Positions 1 through 4,940 of a stretch of DNA of 5,945 nucleotides are shown piece after piece. The position numbers were made by a program, and so were the translations under genes. This stretch comes from a virus. Where the stretch lies: positions 1-5,945 of IMG/VR virus record IMGVR_UViG_3300045988_036552. The stretch is one strand, 5' to 3'. Numbering within the stretch: the first letter of the stretch is position 1; every line of letters begins with the position of its first letter. The notes under the pieces were generated by a model. It saw only the letters and a program-made list of their open reading frames with translations. It was not told the DNA's origin and ran no database searches.

Positions 1-55
1 AAACCATAGATGACGGGTTAATATTATCTGTATCTAATGAAGTAAATGGTAAAAA
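1..55. repeat. Terminal redundancy (copy 1) marking a circular genome; identical to 5891..5945
   Basis: Direct reading: aaaccatagatgacgggttaatattatctgtatctaatgaagtaaatggtaaaaa occurs at 1..55 and again, base for base, at 5891..5945. This is typical of an assembler overlap on a circular contig. Confidence 0.95.
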
Positions 56-1340
56 AGAGTATATAAATTACAGACTAGTAGATATAATTGACACAGAATC
101 AGAAGAACCAAGTAAACAAACATGGAATGTACCAAAATACGGGAATACGGATGTACAAGTATTCAAACTCAAAAAATCCGGAGAAGTAACAGTAAGCGTC
201 TTAATTGAAAAAACAATCGATACAAAAACCAAAAGTTTACACAAATATAAACTTAGCGAAATTGATGAAGTAAGAGAAGACTTACTAGGAGCTGGAAAAA
301 GAGAATGGACAACAAAGGAAGGTTGGCCATACATTAAGGAATTGTTCCAGAGAACATGGGGTATAACAATTGGTGGATATAATAAATCAAACAATGAATT
401 TCCATTCAAAGGATTGCAAGGGTTAGCAGGGCTAAACAGTATAAGCAACCAAAGTGGATTATGTGTTAAAACATATCAATCCGACATATTCAACAACTGG
501 GTAAACACTGAATGGATAGATGGACCTAACGGAATCAATGCCGTAACAGCAGTCAAAATTGACCCTGAAAGCAACAGTTTCCAACTGGATACACTCAACC
601 TGGCAAAAAAGGTATATGATATGCTCAACCGAATTGCAGTAAGCGGTGGAACTTATCAAGATTGGATAGAAACTGTCTACACAAATGATTACATCGAACG
701 AAGCGAAACTCCAATCTACGAGGGTGGAATGTCGGCAGAACTTGAGTTCCAAGAAGTAATCAGTCAGAGTGCGACTCAAGATGAACCATTGGGAACACTC
801 GCAGGACGAGGAAAAACGACAGGACAAAAGGGCGGACACTTAGTTGTCAAAGCATCAGAGCCAAGCTACCTAATAGGTATTGTATCATTAACACCAAGGG
901 TAGATTATTGCCAAGGAAATGATTTTGACACAACACTCGAGACACTGGATGATATTCATAAACCTGCACTTGATGCAATCGGATTCGAAGACAGAATGTG
1001 TGAGACACTTGATTGGAAAAGTGTATATTATAATTCAGAGGGGATAAAAATAAACGGAAGTATAGGAAAACAACCAGCATGGATAGATTACATGACAAAT
1101 TTCAATAAAACATACGGAAGTTTTGCAATCAAAGACAATGAAGCATTCATGGTATTAAACCGTTGGTTTGAATCAAATCCAAAAACACAAGAAGGTGATT
1201 ATACAAGTTATATTGACCCACAAAAGTATAATTATGTGTTTGCAGACACAGATTTAAATGCGATGAATTTTTGGGTACAAATCGGAGCGAACATCAAAGC
1301 AAGAAGAATGATTTCAGCAAAAGTAATTCCTAACTTATAA
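1..1340 (+). CDS. VP1: Major capsid protein VP1, C-terminal part (continuation of 5176..5945; first complete codon in this copy starts at base 3)
   Basis: I translated frame 3 from base 3 and found no stop until TAA at 1338..1340. The phase matches the 5176 frame across the junction (5890 mod 3 = 1). The combined non-redundant length is 715 + 1340 = 2055 nt, giving 684 aa. The ORF-track entry 342..1340 starts at a TTG only because no earlier start codon exists in this interrupted copy. Confidence 0.92.
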   Translation, partial: TIDDGLILSVSNEVNGKKEYINYRLVDIIDTESEEPSKQTWNVPKYGNTDVQVFKLKKSGEVTVSVLIEKTIDTKTKSLHKYKLSEIDEVREDLLGAGKREWTTKEGWPYIKELFQRTWGITIGGYNKSNNEFPFKGLQGLAGLNSISNQSGLCVKTYQSDIFNNWVNTEWIDGPNGINAVTAVKIDPESNSFQLDTLNLAKKVYDMLNRIAVSGGTYQDWIETVYTNDYIERSETPIYEGGMSAELEFQEVISQSATQDEPLGTLAGRGKTTGQKGGHLVVKASEPSYLIGIVSLTPRVDYCQGNDFDTTLETLDDIHKPALDAIGFEDRMCETLDWKSVYYNSEGIKINGSIGKQPAWIDYMTNFNKTYGSFAIKDNEAFMVLNRWFESNPKTQEGDYTSYIDPQKYNYVFADTDLNAMNFWVQIGANIKARRMISAKVIPNL

Positions 1341-1353
1341 AAAAAACAAAATT

Positions 1354-1689
1354 ATGAAAAGAGTAATAGTACCATCAATTAATAACTTTGGTCCAATACA
1401 AACCAAAGAAGGAGAATATATAGAGGAAAAAGTAAGAAGAATCACCGAAAATGGAGAACCTATCGAAGACGGAGCACCAATCATTTATACAGAGAGAAAA
1501 GATGGCGTAAATCCGGCATATAACATAAGAACCGACCGGTGGGAAATTGCACAGGATGCAATGGAACAAGTTGGTAATAATAAAAGCAAGATCATAGCAA
1601 TGAAGATTGCCCAGAGAGAAAATACAGGGGAAAAAACTGTCGAAAACCAACCTGCAAAAGTTGACACAGGCAACGCAGGTACAAAGTAG
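1354..1689 (+). CDS. Small 111-aa protein of unknown function in the slot between capsid and pilot genes (possible internal scaffolding / VP3-like role by position only)
   Basis: ATG at 1354 lies 13 nt after the VP1 stop. It is on the same strand as all the other genes, is followed by a terminator-like hairpin, and is hydrophilic with an acidic first half. I did not recognise a strict family signature. Confidence 0.6.
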   Translation: MKRVIVPSINNFGPIQTKEGEYIEEKVRRITENGEPIEDGAPIIYTERKDGVNPAYNIRTDRWEIAQDAMEQVGNNKSKIIAMKIAQRENTGEKTVENQPAKVDTGNAGTK

Positions 1690-1709
1690 GGTTCGCTAGT
1701 GCTACCAAA

Positions 1710-1748
1710 AGGGGAGGGGTAAAAAAAATAAACTTCTCCCCTACTTTT
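1710..1748 (+). terminator. Hairpin plus T-run, candidate intrinsic terminator after the 1354..1689 gene
   Basis: AGGGGAG (1710..1716) is the exact reverse complement of CTCCCCT (1736..1742). The stem can be extended by two G:U pairs plus G:C and U:A. The loop is A-rich, and the hairpin is followed by acTTTT (1743..1748). Confidence 0.45.
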
Positions 1749-1842
1749 AAAAATGCGGTACGCACGTAGCAATATATATCAAGTAATAAGGTAAAACGCT
1801 TGAAAAGCGCGAAAATAAGCATAATAAAAAAATTTTACAATT

Positions 1843-2997
1843 ATGGGATTCGGAATAGAATTAGGAAAATCAGTCGCCAAAACAGGAGCAAATATGCTAA
1901 CAGGCGGAATAGTCAACGGGATTATGGGATTGTTCGGTGGAAGCAATAAAGCGGAACAAAGACAATACCAGCATGAAAAAGAAATGATGGCACTGCAAAA
2001 CAAATACAATACTCAAGCAGCAGCACAATCAATGGAATATACAAAAACAATGAATCGAATCAATTTCGAGCAACAAAACCAAATGTTCGATAAACAAGCA
2101 GAATGGAACAGTCCGGAACAGCAAAAGCAAAGGCTAAAAGAAGCTGGACTAAATCCAGGTCTAATGTACGGTATCGGAGGGGAGGGCGGCTCAAGTGTAA
2201 GTTCAGGCGGCGGAACAGGAGCCGAAGTACAAGGAGTAGGCAATCCAGGAACACAAGCCGTAATGATGGGATTACAAGCAAAATCAATTGAAAGTCAAAT
2301 TGCACTCAATAATGCACAAGCTTCAAAAATCAATGCTGAAACCGAAAAAACAGAAGCAGACACCGGAAAAACAAAGGCAGACACAAAACTGTCGACAGTT
2401 TCTGCCGACAATATCGTAGAAGCAACCAAGCTGATCAAGGAACAACAATTATCCGAGCAAAGCAAGAGAGATTTAAACGAAGCTGAAAAAAACTACAAAA
2501 TAAGAGTAACAGCACTCCAAGACGCTCTAGAGAGATTAACAAATGCAAAGGAGACCGAGAGTTGGTATCTATCAAGAAGTATCGAGATGGAAACACACAA
2601 ACTAAGTAAGGAAGCAGAAAAAATCATGAAGGAAATAGATGGGTTGAAAATAGACAATGATGTAAAAAGAAGAACAGTCGACATGATAGTAGAACAAACA
2701 AGACTGAACATCAAATCTACAATGCAATCAATCCTGGAAAGCCAGAGCAGAGTAACAATAAACGAGGAACAAAAAACACTCATAGGGAAAACTGTCGAAG
2801 ATTTAACAAGTCAAATAAAGACCAGGAAGGGACAATTGGAAATCAACGAAAAAGAAGTAATCGGAAAACTAGATATTATGAGAGAACAAATAGGACTCGG
2901 AAAAATCAAAATGGATATCGAAAAAGACCGACTTATGGTAGATACAGTATTGGGACTAATGGAAGCAGCCACAAAAATGATAAAACCGGGAAGCTAA
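1843..2997 (+). CDS. VP2: DNA pilot / minor capsid protein VP2 (384 aa)
   Basis: There is a glycine-rich hydrophobic N-terminus (GANMLTGGIVNGIMGLFGG), then a Q/N-rich segment ending in the motif LKEAGLNPGLMYG, which I recognise from gokushovirus-type VP2 proteins. This is followed by a Gly/Ser linker and a roughly 230-aa K/E/Q-rich helical (coiled-coil-like) C-terminal region. Size and position directly after the capsid module fit VP2. Confidence 0.8.
   Translation: MGFGIELGKSVAKTGANMLTGGIVNGIMGLFGGSNKAEQRQYQHEKEMMALQNKYNTQAAAQSMEYTKTMNRINFEQQNQMFDKQAEWNSPEQQKQRLKEAGLNPGLMYGIGGEGGSSVSSGGGTGAEVQGVGNPGTQAVMMGLQAKSIESQIALNNAQASKINAETEKTEADTGKTKADTKLSTVSADNIVEATKLIKEQQLSEQSKRDLNEAEKNYKIRVTALQDALERLTNAKETESWYLSRSIEMETHKLSKEAEKIMKEIDGLKIDNDVKRRTVDMIVEQTRLNIKSTMQSILESQSRVTINEEQKTLIGKTVEDLTSQIKTRKGQLEINEKEVIGKLDIMREQIGLGKIKMDIEKDRLMVDTVLGLMEAATKMIKPGS
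2385..2401. repeat. Internal copy of the palindromic motif AAAACTGTCGACAGTTT, inside the VP2 coding sequence
   Basis: AAACTGTCGACAGTTT (2386..2401) is a perfect 16-nt palindrome. The same sequence sits inside the 20-nt palindrome at 3015..3034. Confidence 0.85.
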
Positions 2998-3014
2998 ACG
3001 CTATGTATTACTGC

Positions 3015-3034
3015 AAAAACTGTCGACAGTTTTT
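3015..3034. terminator. Perfect 20-nt palindrome AAAAACTGTCGACAGTTTTT, candidate bidirectional intrinsic terminator 17 nt after the VP2 stop
   Basis: AAAAACTGTC is the exact reverse complement of GACAGTTTTT. The stem is flanked by an A5 run on one side and a T5 run on the other, and it lies immediately downstream of the TAA at 2995..2997. Confidence 0.5.
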
Positions 3035-3046
3035 GAGAGGGTATAG

Positions 3047-3079
3047 CGTCGGAGTCGAGGACTCCTCGGTCAACCGACG
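3047..3079. other. Composite stem-loop within the GC-rich island
   Basis: The outer helix pairs CGTCGG (3047..3052) with CCGACG (3074..3079). The inner helix pairs CGAGG (3056..3060) with CCTCG (3064..3068), closing a 3-nt loop. Confidence 0.5.
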
Positions 3080-3148
3080 TCTTCGACATCTGAGGGGACA
3101 GGTCATTGCCGAATCTCCTGCGCATCCGCTTCGGAGTCCAGGGAACAT

Positions 3149-3172
3149 ATAGGGGGAAAAGATTCCCCCTAT
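3149..3172. other. Perfect 10-bp stem / 4-nt loop hairpin (ATAGGGGGAA aaga TTCCCCCTAT)
   Basis: 3149..3158 is the exact reverse complement of 3163..3172. No T-run follows, so it does not look like a canonical terminator. Confidence 0.6.
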
Positions 3173-3208
3173 TACCCTATCTTAGGGCGCAAGCGCTCAC
3201 TTTATAAT

Positions 3209-3214
3209 AGGAGG
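3209..3214 (+). promoter_or_regulatory. Shine-Dalgarno-like AGGAGG for the Rep gene
   Basis: AGGAGG lies 9 nt upstream of the ATG at 3224. Confidence 0.55.
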
Positions 3215-3223
3215 AAATAAATT

Positions 3224-4324
3224 ATGTGTCTATACAAAAAAACGCTCTTAAATCCAAAATATTTGCCTAATAAAAAGAATGGATACAATCCACCAAAATG
3301 TACAGATGAAAGGTTCCGATACATAGAAGCAGAATGTGGGAAATGTTATGAATGTCGGAAGAAACGAGCAAGAGAATGGAGTATAAGAATTCATGAAAAT
3401 CTGAAATATGAATTCGGATACTTCGTAACACTTACAATAAGCCCAGAGAGTATGAAGAACTTAATGGAAATCGAAGAAGTGAAAGAAATCAAAGGAAATG
3501 AAAATGCGATAGCAAAATTGGCACTAAGAAGATGTTTAGAGAGAATCAGAAAACAAACAGGAAAGAGTTTAAAACACTGGTGTGTAACAGAGCTTGGAGA
3601 AGAGAACGACAGAATACATCTGCATGGAATCGTTTTTGGACAGAGGGCAGCCGAACTAATAAAACAACAATGGGGTTACGGTATAGTGTACGTAGGAAAA
3701 TACTGTTCTTCACGAACGGCGAACTACATTACAAAATATATGTTAAAGGAAGACGTAAAACATCCATGGTTTACGGGAAGGGTATTTACAAGTGCTGGCA
3801 TTGGACGTGGGTACGTTTCCGGAAACAGAATAAGAAACAGATTTTGCGGAAAAGACACAGATGACAGATACCAGGCAGCCAACGGGCAGATGATAGCCAT
3901 GCCAAGATATTACAAGAACAAGCTATACACAGATGAAGAGAGAGAATTCATATGGGGAATCAAACAAGAGGACCCTTGGACATACGTACATGGAGAAAGA
4001 ATAAAGAAAAATGATGAATCAACAATCAAGAACCTAACAGAATATTACAGAAGAGTTATTAATAAAACGATGATGGACGATCCGAATGAATGGGAACAGA
4101 GAAAGAAGGAGAATAAACGTCAAAGAAGAGCAGAAGGATACCGTAAAATTCGTAAAGAAATGTATAAAGATGCTATAAAAAATGGTGTCGTGAGAGAAAG
4201 TGTTTTAATAAACCAAAAATTAAGAGAAAAAAAAGACGAAATCTATTGTAGAATCAAGAATTATTTTAAAACTTTGCAGCGCAATCAGAAAAGAAATATA
4301 GTCAAACAATTAGAATTATGGTAA
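3224..4324 (+). CDS. VP4: Rolling-circle replication initiator protein VP4 (HUH endonuclease superfamily, 366 aa)
   Basis: All three rolling-circle Rep motifs are present in the canonical order. Motif I is FVTLTI (3422..3439). Motif II is the HUH motif HLHGIVF (His-Leu-His at 3617..3625). Motif III is YITKYMLK, with two tyrosines four residues apart (3725..3748). There is also the N-terminal Cys cluster CGKCYEC followed by RKKRAREW, which is typical of microvirus VP4. The gene ends in a double stop, TAATAA. Confidence 0.93.
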   Translation: MCLYKKTLLNPKYLPNKKNGYNPPKCTDERFRYIEAECGKCYECRKKRAREWSIRIHENLKYEFGYFVTLTISPESMKNLMEIEEVKEIKGNENAIAKLALRRCLERIRKQTGKSLKHWCVTELGEENDRIHLHGIVFGQRAAELIKQQWGYGIVYVGKYCSSRTANYITKYMLKEDVKHPWFTGRVFTSAGIGRGYVSGNRIRNRFCGKDTDDRYQAANGQMIAMPRYYKNKLYTDEEREFIWGIKQEDPWTYVHGERIKKNDESTIKNLTEYYRRVINKTMMDDPNEWEQRKKENKRQRRAEGYRKIRKEMYKDAIKNGVVRESVLINQKLREKKDEIYCRIKNYFKTLQRNQKRNIVKQLELW

Positions 4325-4345
4325 TAAAATTAAACAATTAAAGTT

Positions 4346-4522
4346 ATGGTAGTAAAATTAAAATTTAAAGACTTATCCGAAAGAGAAAGAGTTGAACTCG
4401 TAGAAGTTAAAGAAAAGACATGCTTATTGTCTTTACTAATGGACAGAAAGGCATTAATAAGAGTAATCATAGGGCATCAAAGAACAGATGAGTATTTAAC
4501 AGAAATACAGGATGTAGACTAA
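4346..4522 (+). CDS. Hypothetical 58-aa protein (below the ORF-track size cutoff)
   Basis: I translated it by hand: MVVKLKFKDLSERERVELVEVKEKTCLLSLLMDRKALIRVIIGHQRTDEYLTEIQDVD, then stop. Its TAA (4520..4522) shares one base with the ATG of the next ORF (TAATG). It is the first member of a gapless same-strand ORF chain. Confidence 0.4.
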   Translation: MVVKLKFKDLSERERVELVEVKEKTCLLSLLMDRKALIRVIIGHQRTDEYLTEIQDVD

Positions 4523-4746
4523 TGAGATACTATTCAGTAATACTAATTAACATCAGTGCAGGGTTAATCGAAATACACGATATCGGGACACCCTGCACTA
4601 AACGAGAAGCACAAAGATATGCTAAAAATCAAGCGTTTGCAAAAAATTGCTTCATCTTATGCATAATAGAAACCAAGGAAATCACAGACAGAAGAGCCTT
4701 GGAAAAATTCAACTTAAAAAACTTAAAGAAAGGAGGTGTATTATGA
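4522..4746 (+). CDS. Hypothetical 74-aa protein
   Basis: The ATG overlaps the upstream stop (TAATG). Its own TGA (4744..4746) overlaps the ATG at 4743 of the next ORF (ATGA). I recognised no family. Confidence 0.45.
   Translation: MRYYSVILINISAGLIEIHDIGTPCTKREAQRYAKNQAFAKNCFILCIIETKEITDRRALEKFNLKNLKKGGVL
4731..4736 (+). promoter_or_regulatory. Shine-Dalgarno-like AGGAGG for the 4743 ORF
   Basis: AGGAGG lies 6 nt upstream of the ATG at 4743. Confidence 0.55.
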
Positions 4747-4940
4747 CGAAAGAAAAATGGCTAGAGATCGTTAAATTGATCGCATCATTCGCTGTAGGTA
4801 TTGCAACAATCGTGCTGGTACAGAGTTGTATTTCAAGCTGGAATGTAAACAAAAACAGCCAAGGAGCAACAATCAACAGTAAACAATCCGCAGAACAGAA
4901 AAACGACAGTACTAATTTTAAAATCGACTTAAAAAAATGA
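4743..4940 (+). CDS. Small (65 aa) membrane-anchored or lipoprotein-like protein; candidate lysis or exclusion factor
   Basis: I prefer the ATG at 4743 over the track start at 4647, because of the AGGAGG 6 nt upstream and the ATGA overlap with the preceding ORF. The sequence MTKEKWLEIVK-LIASFAVGIATIVLV-QSC reads as a charged n-region, a 15-residue hydrophobic core and a Cys at position 29 (lipobox-like VQSC). A polar N/S/Q/K-rich tail follows. Confidence 0.55.
   Translation: MTKEKWLEIVKLIASFAVGIATIVLVQSCISSWNVNKNSQGATINSKQSAEQKNDSTNFKIDLKK

Larger units (their letters stand above)
3035..3200. other. GC-rich, hairpin-dense noncoding island upstream of the Rep gene (candidate origin / priming structure or structured RNA)
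   Basis: By hand count, 59 of 100 bases are G or C over 3041..3140 and 31 of 60 over 3141..3200. Three 60-nt coding samples elsewhere gave 28%, 37% and 38%. The island contains several stem-loops and a 15-nt imperfect direct repeat. The ORF track lists no ORF of 60 aa or more here. Confidence 0.6.

Noticed and set aside
342-344. TTG start assigned by the ORF track to the 332-aa ORF
   Set aside because: Frame 3 is open all the way from base 3 and joins the 5176 frame through the terminal repeat. The TTG is an internal Leu codon of VP1, not a start.
1690-1710. tRNA-like fragments (GGTTCG at 1690..1695; TTCGA at 3082..3086 in the GC island)
   Set aside because: I could not build a cloverleaf around either. 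There are no complementary acceptor or T-stem arms at the required spacing.
1800-1828. Possible sigma-70-type promoter (TTGAAA at 1800..1805, CATAAT at 1820..1825) upstream of VP2
   Set aside because: The spacer is only 14 nt. The alternative -10 (TAATAA, 1822..1827) has better spacing but matches poorly. No Bacteroidetes-type TAnnTTTG element was found either, so this is too weak to call.
68-2783. Ten minus-strand ORFs of 76-126 aa listed in the track (68..448, 459..839, 847..1098, 1375..1650, 1485..1772, 1592..1822, 1779..2009, 2013..2243, 2060..2305, 2493..2783)
   Set aside because: All lie antisense to confidently assigned + strand genes. Their products are low-complexity and rich in F/L/S/C/I, as expected from reading the complement of an A-rich, T-poor coding strand, on which minus-strand stops (TTA, CTA, TCA on the + strand) are depleted. 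Microviruses encode all genes on one strand.
3203-3208. Perfect TATAAT hexamer just upstream of the Rep gene
   Set aside because: It directly abuts the AGGAGG ribosome-binding site, so a transcript starting about 7 nt downstream would lack that site. No convincing -35 element lies at the right spacing (about 3180..3186 reads TCTTAGG). It is probably incidental AT-rich sequence.
4647-4742. Upstream extension of the membrane-protein ORF (track start at 4647, 97 aa)
   Set aside because: The extension overlaps the 74-aa ORF for 100 nt, adds a basic non-signal N-terminus and has no ribosome-binding site. The internal ATG at 4743 has AGGAGG 6 nt upstream and an ATGA junction with the preceding gene.
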